Source: Sarea resinae
Lineage: Eukaryota
Direction of reading: 5' to 3'
DNA: 64,000 bases
Assembly: GCA_026026165.1 (NCBI GenBank)
Contig: JAPEUD010000011.1
Coordinates: 1-64,000 of the forward strand
In this document: one piece after another, positions 11,678 to 25,130 of the stretch
Position numbering within the stretch: the stretch's first letter is position 1
Layout of the letters: each line of letters begins with the position of its first letter
Program-made: the position numbers and the translations under genes
Notes under the pieces: generated by a model
Seen by the model: the letters and a program-made list of their open reading frames with translations, nothing else
Told to the model about the DNA's origin: nothing
The model's database searches: none

Positions 11678-14135
11678 ATCTACTGGGAACGTTCTGGTGT
11701 CCAGTACATGATAACACCTATACCGCGTTTCTCCGAGCACACACTGGAGAAGTGATATACCACCACGAAGGCGAATGATCCCACGCTGTCAAAGAGGTAG
11801 CAATATGGGAGTAGAATCACAGCCATAGCTACGCATGTCTTTCCTCCGTCATGTCACAAGCTGACCCTTGCGGGGAACGAGATTGTCATCTCCGCGGCTA
11901 TAAGATGGAGGTCGCGGAAGAGTCTCTGTGCCAATCGGCGTTGCTAATGCGGCTTTGCACGAGATAAGGACAAAGAAAGGGGACGGAGGGGCGTAGCAGC
12001 TGGGGAAGTGAGGTCTGTCGCCGTGGTCAGACCAGCGCCAGAAGGGCATACTCATCACATCGCTACTCTTGACAACACAGGCTTATGCAATACGCTACAT
12101 TGGATGGACGGATGCTTTTACGAAAAATATGGCCATGAAGCTCGTCGCTTTTATCTGATAATCCGAGAGAAAGCGAAGTAATCGGCAGGAGTCAGACATG
12201 ATAGACTTTCGGTGACCGGTAATTAGATATTCCAATGTTGCTTCATAGAAATCAAGAATACCAGCAGAACCATAAGATGGTCTCCGAGCGATTGCCACCG
12301 TAGCTTCGATGCTCGAACTTTACAGATGTCTTCATGACTACGTGCACACGTCACGAATATTGACAAAGTCCGATGACAACGGGAATCGAATAGGGTGGGT
12401 GGCCATCGAGTGTCACGACTTCAGCGGAGATAATTCGGAAGGTGATTGAACGGTGAAAGCTCCCATCTACTGATGCTCGAAGAAAAGGCAATGTGTCAGG
12501 AGGACGACGAGGACCATGCAGGATGCAAGCATATCAATGGATAAACAATGACCCCTTGAGGCTGGCTGGTCTGACCGGCAACCTGCATGAGGGATATACG
12601 GAGTACAGAGGTGCGTGGGTGGTGGGTGGTGATATGTAGCTTCGCTGCCCTGATCCTCGGTCTCAGACCCGATGGATATTCATACAAGGGGAGGTCAATA
12701 TGCAGATGGGCAGTCCTCGTAGTAGGTGGTCTTGGTGGTGAGGGAGTAGCGAGAGGGAGGAGGGAGCTTGAAGTGGTATGGATGATGGGTATTCGGCTTC
12801 CCAAGTTCACCGCATCTGTATGCTGTAGCCGATGTTTCTAATTCCATCGTGCCCGGATCCCGTCACTCCGACCACAACTCTACAGCTGGAGTATGTCATT
12901 GCCGAACGCAAAGACGCCCAAGTGTAATGAAAGTCATCCACATGAATCAATATCTTGGTGGTGGAGGACAGTGCCGTAGTAATGAAATACCATGGATGAA
13001 GCTGCAGGAACACGGAATCGGTGAGTAGAGGGCGCCGAAGAGTCGAGGAGTCCGAGCTTGTTGACTGGCGAAACGGCTAGAGTACTTGGTACATGGCATT
13101 CCTTGTCGAAATCATCGCATCCGGCATGGATCCAGGGACTGGCGGTGGTCTTTGATGATCCTCGAAGATGATAGCCTCGACCCTCGCCTCGACGTGGGAC
13201 ATGTATCCACTCGGAGACAAGGTCGACGAGATCCGACTTTTAGTTTCTTCTTAGCCCCATGGACGGCTCTATCCGCCATTCATCTTCGCCGTTCTCCCTT
13301 GAGTCTAGCAGTCAGGGCCTCGGCGTCGATCCATGCCACTATGCGGCGGGGAGGCGGCGGGAAGGCGTCGGGAAAGGCGTCGGCCAAGTCAGGGCCCAGT
13401 GCAGAAAAAAGAGGGCGGAAAAAGCTTGGTAGAAGCGATGGAGCATGAGGGTACGGTAGAGTGGATATCTCATGTCTGGGCGACCATCTTTTGATCTGCG
13501 GCTACGGATGTAGCTCTACGGCGGTACTCACCGCATGCCTTCAGGACGAGTACGATCCAGGTTGCCTTGGATGTAAAGGTTGGGAGACACCACGTTCGAG
13601 ATATATTACTTAGAAGATCGAGAGGGTCAACAGATGCTTGCATTGCTGCGTTGCTAGACCGATGGAGGTTCTCGGTGTCTCTCGGTTCGTGAGTCTTAGC
13701 TCTCCCCTCCCAGATGAAATGCAAAGGCGAGGGCGAGGGCGAAGGCGATGGCATCACGAATGACCCCACCTCAACCCTGTCCTGTTCTGGTCTGTTCTCT
13801 TCTGGCGAACTTCCTTGCTGTCGCTGATCTTCGAGCTTGTCTTGCATTGCAGGCCACGCACTACTGCTATGAGCAGCCTACTCTAGATTACTCTCCTCGA
13901 GTCCTCGACTCTAGTAATGCATTATCCTGACACGGATCGTCATCGCCCGACGTCAAAAATCCCTCGAGTCGTCGTACTATCCTCTGCTCGCACCCTTCGA
14001 CCTAGAGTAGACTACTCTAGTAGTGTACGCACATCATGGCTACTAGACCTTCCAGACTGTGCTCGCGCGACGATCTTCCGGTGGACGTGATGCAAGGAAC
14101 CTTGCCGTTCGGATTCACGCAGACCATGTCATCTC

Positions 14136-14143
14136 TATATAAA
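14136..14143 (+). promoter_or_regulatory. TATA box of the NRPS-like gene
   Basis: TATATAAA about 100 nt upstream of ATG 14235, followed by a pyrimidine-rich tract. Confidence 0.55.
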
Positions 14144-14234
14144 GCCCCTCCGTGGCCTTTCTTTGAGCTCCTCATATCTTCTCTTCCAAATATCTACATC
14201 TGGCTTCGAACTTCTCCCTCGACATTCATCCATC

Positions 14235-17200
14235 ATGCCAGGCGTAACGATCGATTTCGGGAAGAGGCTTGTACCGAGGGTGGTCGACGAGGTTGCCACT
14301 CAGCACCCACACAGAGCGTACGCGTCGATACCAAAGTCGAGTAATCTTCAGGATGGATACAGAGACATCTCATACGCCGTATTCGCCAATGCCATCAATC
14401 GAGTGGCATGGTGGCTTGACTCGACCCTGGGCAAGGGCACCAGTGGCTTGCCCACCATTACATACCTCGGACCCCCAGATCTTCGCTATTTTGTCCTTGC
14501 CATTGCCGCAGCCAAAGTCGGATACAAGGTCCGCGTTAACACCAGCGTCTCCAAATTCTCAGGGCTAACGTCTACATAGGTGCTATTCACATCTCCCCGG
14601 AACAGCGTCGAGGGACACCTATCCGTCCTTGAAAAGACGGACTGTAGGATCCTCATCCGGGACGCCCATTCAAAATTTGGCAAGGTCCTGGAGAAGCGGG
14701 CGATGCGAGATATCATTGGGCTTGGAATTGACGATGTCCTCGCCGAGGAAGCTGTGCCCCATTACGCCTATGAGAAGAAGTACGAGGATGTTGAGAACGA
14801 GCCTTTCCTCGTGCTCCATACATCGGGATCTACGGGATTACCGAAACCGATCATGATTACAAATGGACTCATGGCGTCTTGGGATGCCCTTCACCTCATC
14901 GGACCAACAGACGGCAAGGAGATCTGGGTGAAATGTGTCGAGAAAGCTCGCGTCTACTCTGCCTTCCCTCCGTTTCATGTAAGTCGTGATCGGATTGCTT
15001 GACTGCGGATGCTAATGCGCAGATAGGCGGCCGGTGTCGTTTTCTCACTATGCGCCAGCATTTTCAGCGAAACTGTCATCATCTACAGCCCGTCCGATAG
15101 ACCTCTCAACGTGGATCTTGCATATGAGGTAATGAAGGTTGCCAAGCCCGATGGCGCTGCATTGCCTCCATCCGTCTTGGAAGATATAAGAAACTTCCCG
15201 GAGGCGTTTGACCTGCTCAAGGAATTGAAGTTCGTCTGCTTCGGTGGCGGGCCGCTTACCAAACATGCCGGAGATGCCGTCAGTGAAAACACGAGGCTGT
15301 TCAGCATCATGGGAGCAACGGAGACTTTCATTATACCCTCGCTGCTTCACCGAAACTCGGCTGATTGGGAATGGTTTGAATTCCACCCTTCGGGCGGTGT
15401 AGAGTTTCGGCCTCGCACTGGAGACCTCTACGAATTGGTAGTGGTCCGAAATGAGAAGAAACCCTTCTATCAGGGAACTTTCTTCACCTTTCCCGATACC
15501 AACGAATATTCTATGAAGGATCTCTATGCCAAGCATCCTACAAAGCCGGGCCTATGGGTCCACAGAGGACGAGCTGATGACGTCCTGGTCCTGTCGAATG
15601 GAGAGAAGGTCAACCCCGTCGATATGGAACAGACGATTAGTAGTCACCCAGACGTTCGTTCTGCCCTCGTTCTTGGTCAGGGTAAATTTCAGACGGCACT
15701 TTTAATTGAGCTAGCTGAGAAATCTCCACTCTGGAAGGAAGATGCGAAGACTCGCATCGAAGCGTTCTGGTCATATGTCGAAGAAGCAAACCGCGACTGT
15801 CCGGCGCATGGCAGACTCTCAAAGGATCTCGTGATCTTCACAACCCCGGAAAAGGGAATGCAAAGGGCTAGCAAAGGTACCGTTCAGCGACAGCCAACCG
15901 TCTCTCAATTCCAAGCCGAACTCGAAGAATTATTCCGAGGGGCGGAGCCGGGAGAGGAGCAGGGCGCTGCTGTCGAGATCGACACGAAGAACAAGGAATC
16001 GCTCAAATTCTCTCTTCGCAATATCATCTCGCAGACCGTTGCTTTTGGTAATGACTTTAGCGACTCCGACGACCTGTTCACATTGGGAATGGACTCTCTC
16101 CAGGTCATTGCCGTGCTTCGAGATTTGAAGAGCGGACTGAACAACAAGTTGATCGATCAGGACGCATCTACACTGTCTACGAGAATAGTCTACCAGAACC
16201 CGAGCTTGGACAAGCTCACTGCCGCTCTTTGGGGATTGATCGATTCCAAGGCGGCCACGGAGCTAAGTCAAGGCAGGGACCGCGCCGAGAGGATGCAGGA
16301 AGCTCTGGACAAATACGCAGCAAATCTCCTCAGTCCAGATTTAGCAATCCCGCCTGGAGGGCTTATTGTTGCCTTGACTGGATCCACTGGCTCACTGGGA
16401 TCATATCTGCTGGATATTCTCGTGAATCATCCCAAGGTCCACAAGGTATACTGCTTGAATCGGTCAGCAGATGCAAGGGACAGGCAAATCAGAGGAAATT
16501 CTAGCCGTGGTCTCAGCGTCGACTTTGAAGGCAAGGTCGAATTCCTGCATACCGACTTCTCGAAGCCGGCCTTTGGTCTGAAGCAAGAGGATTATATCCG
16601 CTTGGTGCGCGAAGTGACGCATGTAATTCACAACGCATGGCAGGTCGACTTCAACCTTCCACTGGAGTCTTTTGAGAGTGTACACATCCGCGGTGTTCGC
16701 CATCTTATCGACTTTGCCATTGAATCGATCCAGCGCGCCAAGATCTTTTTCATCTCGAGTGTCTCGACCATCATGAGCTACTCGGTCCGACACAAGGGTA
16801 AGGTCCCGGAGGAAATCATCCACGATTTTGATGTTGCAGAGGGCATGGGTTATGGCGAGTCGAAGTTGGTGGCCGAACGTCTCCTCGAGCATGCCAGCCG
16901 CGTCTCCGGTGTCCGGTCTGCTGTATGCCGTGTCGGACAGATCGCCGGGCCCGTCCTCAGCCTCAAGGGAGCCTGGAACAAGCAAGAGTGGCTTCCTACT
17001 ATCGTCGCCAGTTCGAAATTCTTGGGTAAGATCCCGAGTAACATTCCCGGCATGCTTGGCAAGGTGGACTGGATGCCCGTGGACCTGCTCGCGCGCGCGA
17101 TTGTCGAGATGCTCGATCTCGACTCCGGCACCAAGGGCGCAACCGGCTTCACGTCGGTCTACCATGCCATCAATCCTCGTCAGGCCGAATGGCCGTCCTT

Positions 17201-17498
17201 GGTGCCGGCCATCGAGAAGGACTTCTCCGCCGCCGGCACGCCAGCCAAGACCGTGCCGTTCAGCGAATGGGTCGAGGCGCTGCGCAAGTCGCGGACAGAC
17301 AGCGTTGCCGACGCCACCAAGAATCCCGGTTTGAAGTTGCTCGACTTCTACATGGGCATGCAAGCTGCAGAAGACGAGACGCGGCCGACGGTCGTCATGG
17401 CCACCAAGCAGACGACGGCCAAGAGCGCGACGTTGAACGGGTTGGAGGCCGTGAGTCCGAAATGGATGGAGACGTGGTTGAAGCAGTGGAATTTCTAG
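14235..17498 (+). CDS. NRPS-like enzyme / carboxylic acid reductase (adenylation - thiolation - NAD(P)H reductase, A-T-R)
   Basis: Introns 14529-14579 and 14979-15026 join three ORFs. A domain: HTSGSTGLPKP, GATET, GRADD...NGEK. T domain: LFTLGMDSL (phosphopantetheine Ser). R domain: LTGSTGSLG, HNAW, GYGESK (YxxxK), RVGQIAG. Confidence 0.93.
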
Positions 17499-18561
17499 TC
17501 CAGCAGTACGGCCTTCATGATTGAGTGATGGAATAGATATTGATTGGGTTGTTGGTCATAAATTCGGACTTGTGTTGGCGCGCCATCAAATTGGATATCC
17601 AGATTTTCCTCTCATCTCAGGGTGCTGTTACCTGTTTTGCATCGCATTGCATTCAATGCTTGCGTGCTACTCGGCTTTTCTCCCTTTTTCTTTCTTTTCT
17701 CGCATGGTGATTATTGTGGCTGAATACAGATAGTCAGGTTGATGAAATAAATGAAATACCTCCTTCGAGCCCAATGTCTCATCTTGATTGATACAGCACT
17801 GTCCCACGTAAAAAGCAACAGTGATAACGTATCGTAGCTACAAGTCGACGGGAGATGAAACTGTCATTTACAGACATCAGTATTGAATTGAGCAGGATAT
17901 AAGCAAGGAGACTTGTGCAACCGTTTTCTTTCAGACTGATTTGATTTATTATGTCTGGATCTGCTAAAAAGAAAAAGACAAAGAAAAATATATATATTTC
18001 TATATACATGGTACAGATATATATCTGATCTGTGATGATTGGCGAATAAATTTGAGAATATATCATCCCTGGGTTGTCTTGGAACAGACTTGTGATGTTT
18101 GATTGGAAAAAAATTGTTTGTAGGATGTGGCTTTTGTTATATATTTCACGTCTTGTTCGGTGTTATGTGTTGTTCTGTGCTAGCTGTGTCTGGATCTAGT
18201 AGGGGGTATGGAGAGAGAGAGACAGAGAATAAAGGAGAAGAGGGGAGGGGATATGTGGTAATTATACGTAGGCAAGCAGGCAGGGCAGACAGGCAAGTAG
18301 GCAATCTGAGGCAGTAAGGCAGTGAGGTATAAAGTAACAAGCAAATTTTGATCGTTCGATCAATCACACAATCAATCGGTTGTAAAGCACAAATAAAGTA
18401 GACAAGTGTACAGCGTATGTTATCCCATCCCATCGCTATTTCATTGCTGTCCCGGCCCAGTGATCCAGTGATCCATCCATCCATCCACCCATCCATTCGT
18501 CCATCCATAAAAATAAACACAATCACAAGCTAAAGCCCAAGCAGCAAATGACAAGCACAGT

Positions 18562-20224
18562 TTAAAACTTGCGCGGCGGCGCTTCCTGACCCTGCAACCC
18601 CTGACTGCCCAATGGCTCGCCAAGACCCGAGTCATACGCCGGTGGAGCCGCGTTTCCGAACCCAACGACGCCGGCTCCGGGATCCGCGACGCCAGGCTGG
18701 CCCATGCCGGGGAGAGCCTGAGTTCCGACAGCTGCGTTCTTCGCTTCGGCGGCGGTGGTGCTGGTGGATTTCTGGTCCTGGCCCTGCAGGATGGATGCCG
18801 GTACGGCGCCGCCGTCGCCCGCCCCGACGACGATTTCTCCCCCGCCGCGTACTTTGCCAATGACCATGCCCTTGGCGACGCTTTTGATGACGGCACGACG
18901 AGACACGCCTGCCGCGTCGATGTAGACCAATCCGACGTTCTTGACGCCACCGGCCAGGGATCCAGCCACGTTGGCGGCGTCAGGCCCATAGCGGTGTCCG
19001 ACGACTGTCGTGGCGGCCGTAGAGCCCGAGTTCAGCAGCTGGCGGCCAGCGTGGTCGACACCGTCTGCGATGGTCGAGAAGGCGATCATGGATTTATTGA
19101 GGATGCCGGGCTTGTAATTGTCGTCTTTGCCGCCTGGGGCGCCTTTCTTGGTGGAGGTACGGTCGCCCTTGCGCGCGACCGAGGCGCCGAGGTTCTGGGC
19201 GTGGCGGCTCAGAGTGCCAACGGTCTTGGCCGAGAGGCCCGCGGCAGAGGTAGAGAGGCTGTGGAGTTTGCGGACGCGGCCTTGCGCGGTGGGCGTGAAC
19301 GTCATGGGTTCGGGGTTAGGTTTGACTTTTTGCGTGAAAGTCTCCGCGCCCGAGGAGAGGGCGTTGGAGAGGTAGGTGCTGCCTGTGACGATGAGGCGCG
19401 AGGCCACTGCCGCATTCGACACGAGGCGCGAGTCTTTGTAGGCCGGGTGGCGGGCCAGTTTGAGGTATTCTTCCGAGGCGGGGCTGACGCCGATGTCGTT
19501 GCCTTGGGCGGGGAGTTGGATTTCGACGGGGTCTACTAAAAAATAAGCATTCAGGGGTTGCGCGACGGTAGACTATGGGGGACGCACTCTTTGAACCGGC
19601 CGTCAGACGAGGGTCCTCGACAACATTGAAACCCTCACTGAGCTCGCCCACCACGCTTCCGTTCTCCTCGTCGATGAGCACGATCTGTCCCGCATGAGGC
19701 CTGTGCACGCCCTCGCCGGCGTATCCCTCGCCTTCTTTGAAGGCTGCCGGATTGTACGGAGCATAGCCTCCCTTTCCAGTCGGCGGATTCGCCCGTTCGA
19801 GGAACGCGGTGCATTGGGCAAGGATGGTCTCGAACGTGTCGATGTCTTCCTGGGTGACCCTGCCCGGGCCACCGCCCAGGGGCGGAAACTCGATGCGAGT
19901 AAAGGCGCCACTGTCGGGCCCCAGATCCAAGCGCGGGATCAGATAGCTTGTCGGCGGTTGATGGAAGATCTGCGTGGTCGCGGGCAGCGGCAGGTCCAGT
20001 TCCGGCGGGAGATGTAGATGGAGGTAGAAGTCTTCCTCGGGCGCCTCGCTCTGAGGATTTGCGCTCGACAGATCGGCGAAGGGTGAGGCGGTCGAGACCA
20101 TCAGCAGTGAAAGGGTCTGGGGTCCGGATGGCCCCATGAGGGAGGATTCTTCGCCATTCTGGAGATGATGGGCTTGCACGTTGTCGATCGTGTAGAGAAG
20201 ACGGGGCTCGTTATGGCCTGCCAT
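18562..20224 (-). CDS. Spartin/senescence-associated domain protein; spliced
   Basis: ATG 20224 (MAGHNEPRLLY). Intron 19533-19587 joins ...TAGSK|NPVEIQLP... into ORF 18562..19422, which contains ILNKSMIAFSTIADG...TTVVGHRYG...KNVGLVYIDAAGVSRRAVIK, typical of the senescence/spartin C-terminal domain. Confidence 0.8.
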
Positions 20225-21242
20225 GGTGAAAGGCTGTCGGATGTCGTGTGGATGGATGTGGTTGATGGGGGTGTTGCATAGAGGAAAAGCAGCTGCAGCT
20301 TCAGTTTCGCGATGGGCGGCTACAAGATAAGGTAGGGAGGTAGGTATTGTTGTCGTTCGTGTCCCTGTTCCCAAACAAGAATGCCAACCAGACTGCCCTG
20401 CCCGGCCAGTGCTGCAAGCGGGCGGTTATGTCATTCGAGTACATAGTATACGCGGTAGTATGAGCGCGCCGCATGCGGCACTTCCCAGATGAGCCCAGAT
20501 GTGAGGGGCACCCGTGGCGGTGCACAGGCGGCAGACGGGAATCGACGAGGTGAGGTGTGGCTGAGGCTCGCTTGCTTCGGGCTTATGTCATCTCCGGTAC
20601 GTCTCGTACGTCTCTTGCATTATGTCATCTTGCCCCTTCACATTCTCGTCCACTGCGGTGGCAGCTGGAGCTGGAGGTGCAGTGGAGGACGGTACCCGGA
20701 GATGATTCGGAGAGGGGGCGATCCATACACGGCAATTGCTTGTCTTTCCATGAAAACCTTCACCTGGACTGTTCTTTCCGAATGCACGGGAATCATGCTC
20801 GCAAGATAGACTCTCTCTCCATCATGCCACTGCCGTGCGCTCCTGAATCAATACCGCAGTGCGAGGAAGGTGCCGGAAATGGGCTGGAGATGCTGATGAT
20901 TCGTAGCCTCCAGCTGCTCATGCGACTTCCATTTGCCGCTACTGGCCGGCAGGCAGATGGAGATCTGGGGAGTTGTGGGGTAGCGAGACGGCAAGACAGC
21001 GAGACGGCCAAATAGCAAGACACTTCAACTGCCGTATCCATTGTCGGTTATCTACATACCGCATGGTCAGCCTCGGTCTACCAGTCGACAATTCGTATTA
21101 ATTGCCCCCCCATCCCGCTCTCATATTCTTCACCCATTCAAATATTTCAGTCCTCTCCTCTCCTCTCCTCTCTTCTGCCGACTCTTCTTTGTATCGTATC
21201 TTTCTTTCTCTGGATCAAAACATCTTTAGCGTCACTACAGCC

Positions 21243-22721
21243 ATGGCTTCTGCTTTCACCAAGTCGGTGCGGCCACTCGCACGAGCATTGGCAACGCCCC
21301 GTGCCCCAACAAGAGTCCTGCCTTCGCGCATCGGCCAGCAGTAAGGATCTTCTCGTATGCCAGGAGGATAGACTCAAGGCTAAATACATGCAGACTTCGT
21401 CCTCTGTCGGTGACCTCTCGATGTCGCCAGTCCGACCACCTAGACATTACCGACATCCCCCCGACCCCCATCTCGCACTTTTCCGAGACCGAGACGATGA
21501 TGGCCGAATCCGTCTCCAAATTCGCACAAGATATCATCGCGCCAAAGGTCCGAGACATGGATGAGAACGAGCACATGGATCCCGAAGTCGTCGAGCAGCT
21601 GTTCGAACAGGGTCTGATGGGCATCGAGATTCCAGAAGAGTTTGGTGGTGCGGGTATGAACTTCACTGCTGGCATCGTTGGAATCGAGGAACTGGCCCGA
21701 GTGGATCCGAGCGTCAGCGTCTTGGTCGATGTACACAACACGCTATGCAACACTGCCATCTTAAAGTACGGATGTCAGGAATCAAAGAAGAAATGGTTGC
21801 CAAAGCTGGCAACCAACACAGTTGGTCCGTTATTGTTTTGTGTGGCAGAACTTTGGATTTTCTAACCTGATCTACAGGGTCGTTCTGCCTGTCGGAACCA
21901 GTCTCCGGCTCGGATGCCTTTGCCCTCAAAACCAAAGCGGAGAAGACCGCGGACGGGTATCGGATCAATGGGTCAAAGATGTGGATTACCAATTCGATGG
22001 AAGCAGGCTTTTTCATCGTCTTCGCCAACCTTGACCCGAGCAAGGGATACAAGGGCATCACTGCTTTCATCGTCGACAAAGACACCAAGGGCTTCTCAAT
22101 CGCAAAGAAGGAGAAGAAGCTGGGCATCCGGGCGAGCAGCACCTGCGTTCTAAACTTTGATGATGTCGACATTCCAAAGGGCAATTTGCTTGGAGAGGAA
22201 GGGCAGGGATACAAGTACGCAATTGGGCTCTTGAATGAAGGCCGGATAGGAATTGCTGCTCAAATGACTGGTCTGGCCCTCGGAGCGTGGGAGAATGCAG
22301 CCGGGTATGTTCATCGTCTGCTCTCCACCTTCAAAGCTTTTACTGATGATTTAGCTATGTCTGGAACGACCGTAAGCAATTCGGTCAACTCGTGGGAGAA
22401 TTCCAGGGCATGCAGCACCAGATGGCACAAGCCTGGACCGAGATTACCGCGGCCCGATCTCTTGTATATAATGCCTCTCGCAAGAAGGAGGCTGGTGAAG
22501 ATTTCGTCATGGACGCGGCCATGGCCAAGCTTTTCGCTTCGCAGGTTGCTGGACGAGTCAGCGGTTCCGCGATCGAATGGATGGGCGGCATGGGATTTGT
22601 CCGGGAGGGCATCGCCGAGAAGATGTTCCGAGACAGCAAGATCGGAGCCATCTATGAGGGTACCAGCAACATCCAATTGCAGACGATTGCGAAGATGCTG
22701 CAGAGGCAGTATACGAACTAG
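21243..22721 (+). CDS. ACADSB: Mitochondrial short/branched-chain acyl-CoA dehydrogenase; spliced
   Basis: Introns 21341-21393, 21825-21877, 22305-22354. Arg/Ser-rich presequence. Motifs GSFCLSEP, NGSKMWITNS, KLGIRASST, LNEGRIGIAAQ, RKQFG, IYEGTSNIQ. Confidence 0.92.
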
Positions 22722-23280
22722 ATTGTTGATTATCGCGGCATCCGCACGACACCTCTACATAGCACAGCGCAAACAAGAACCATGTCGGCGTCTAGATAGA
22801 AAGCTACTACCTCTATACCTATATATATCTCTCAGCAGACATATGCTTGGCCATGATCACCTCAGTGCTTCCTGTCTTGCTCGAGTCGACGACTCCGATC
22901 GTATCCCTTTTAGTCGTATGCCCAAATGAATCGGGACGTGGGGTTCAGGTAGTCGACCACTGGTACTACTGCCGTCCAGTACCATGTAGTCGTACCTCCC
23001 TACTGTATCTTGCCCACGAGGGACCTTCGCTGTACCTTAGGTAGGTACCTCACCAAGATAGTGGTGGTCGTGGCATCAATCACAACGAGGGACTGACTCG
23101 GCTGGCATCTCTCACTCAATCGAACGAACTCGCCCGCCCGTTCCTCTCAGTATCCGCCATCAGCTGCCGGGACCCGATAGGGAAAGCGATTGGAGCGTCA
23201 AGGGTGTTCGTCTCGACAGGCTCGATCAACTCGACCGTCCCGATCTCGTCGTCCATACCGGCAGACAGCACCCGCCCATC

Positions 23281-25130
23281 ATGTCAGATACTCACGATGG
23301 CATCGATGGCCTCGACAGTAATATCCCTCGAGCCGCTCAAGCCTGCAATGCCTGCCGACGACAAAAGAGACGATGTTCCAAGGAAATGCCATGCTGCTCG
23401 CTCTGCTTGCGCATGGGTCGACCCTGTGATTACTCCGATAGCTCGCCCACCCCCACCGCCGACGACTTTCACTTTCTCTGGAAAAAGGTGCAGAATCTCG
23501 AAGATCGCCTCGAGGGGCGTCGTCCCGTCAGCAGCAGCGGGTCGCCGACGCCCATCTCGAAGTCATCCTCCTCTCCGACCGGTGAAGCGCTGTTTGGATC
23601 CGCGTTGACGAATGGCTGGCGTGCGACCCCCTCGTTCCCGCCGCTGTTCTTTCTCGACTCGGAGGAATTTGCCCATGGCAACTACTCGGTGCAGAAACCG
23701 CACATGCACTTGCCCGTCGAGATATTGGATATCCTCGGCGACACGGCCGAGATTCAAGCCATGGTCGCGACATATTTTGCGACCGTCCATACTTGGCTGC
23801 CGATCGTCTCAAAGAAGAGATTCTGCCAGCTCTTGATGAACCCGCCGAGCTCCTGCGGGGTCGACCTTTCGCTGCTGCTACTTTGTATGAAGTTGATCAC
23901 CCAAGAACCTCCGAAAACCATCGAGGCCACGCAGAGTCCATTGTATACGACCGCCAAGCAGTTCTTCACTCTGGTTGAGTGGAGCGGGATATTTTCTTTA
24001 CAGCTCGTGCAATCCGCCTTACTTCTGGCCGCTTACGAGATTGGTCATGCCATCTACCCAGCTGCTTATCTGTCCGTCGGTCATTGTGCGAGATTGGGCT
24101 ATGCATTGGGTCTGCATAGTCGGAAAGCGTCGCCGCAGATGCTCCCACGGCCTTCGACCTGGACGGAGATGGAGGAGAGGAGACGGATATGGTGGGCGGT
24201 CATTATGCTCGACAGGTAAAACCTCACTACTATCGCAAATGGAGTCAAGTATACTTGCTAAGCGGTTACAGATACGTCAACGTTGGCAACTCAAACCACC
24301 CGCTGGCCAGCGAAGATCCTAGTCGCGATGATTACCTGCCTGTCGATGATACGATGTGGGATCAAGGGGTAAGTCTGATTCGACGCCTTCCACTACAGTC
24401 AATGGCTGACAGAATCTCAGGAGATGACAGCGAATGAGCCTCTATTCGTATCCTCATCGACGAACCTGCGAGCCGCTCCTTTTGCTCGAACATGCCAAGC
24501 CTCACATCTTTTGGGCCGCGTGATCCGCCATCTCAATGACCGCACCGTCAACCGCTCCATACTGTTGGCCGAAGCCACGCAGCTCGAGCGAACGGTTCGG
24601 GCGCTGTCATTGCTTCTCTCGGATGAATTCCAAGAGCACCATACGGCAGTCTCGACCCCAATGGCCATCTGCTATAGTGCCTTGATGGCCATCTACGATG
24701 CTTATGCATGTCACGAGGCCAACGATGTGGAAAACACGCCCGAGGAGATCGGAATGCAGGGGAACGCCATCGGCGGCCTCAAAACCATGACGAAGGAGAT
24801 TATGATCCTCGCCCGACATTTGCGGGAGACTCTGGCCGCCGATGGCACGGCATGGGTCAGTCCGTTGGTGACGGATTGTCTGTACCAGGCTGCCGCCAAC
24901 TATGCATGGCTGGTGCGCGAGACGCATAATAGTGAAAATGCAGAAGCCTTGAATGAGATCAAGGCTACGCTTGCGGTTATCGATCGCAGGTGGAGAGTTG
25001 CTGGTGAGTTTTCTCCCTCCCGGAGAGAAGAGCTGTCGCGAGAAAGTGATGCTAACACCGCATGGCAAAAGGCGAGTATATCAAGATCCTAGAGGCCAAC
25101 GAGTTCACGTACGCAGTCAATGTGCAGTAA
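23281..25130 (+). CDS. Zn(II)2Cys6 transcription factor with fungal-specific TF domain; spliced
   Basis: ACNACRRQKRRCSKEMPCCSLCLRMGRPC cluster; YFATVHTWLPIV; EERRRIWWAVIMLDR. Introns at about 24216-24271, 24369-24420 and 25004-25071. The last exon GEYIKILEANEFTYAVNVQ ends at TAA 25128-25130. Confidence 0.9.

Noticed and set aside
16464..17363. 299-aa minus-strand ORF
   Set aside because: Antisense shadow of the GC-rich reductase domain of the NRPS-like gene; no motifs.
17700..18120. C/D box snoRNA in the AT-rich region between convergent genes
   Set aside because: GTGATGA occurs at 18032, but there is no matching CTGA D box, terminal stem or identifiable antisense guide; the region fits 3' UTR/terminator sequence.
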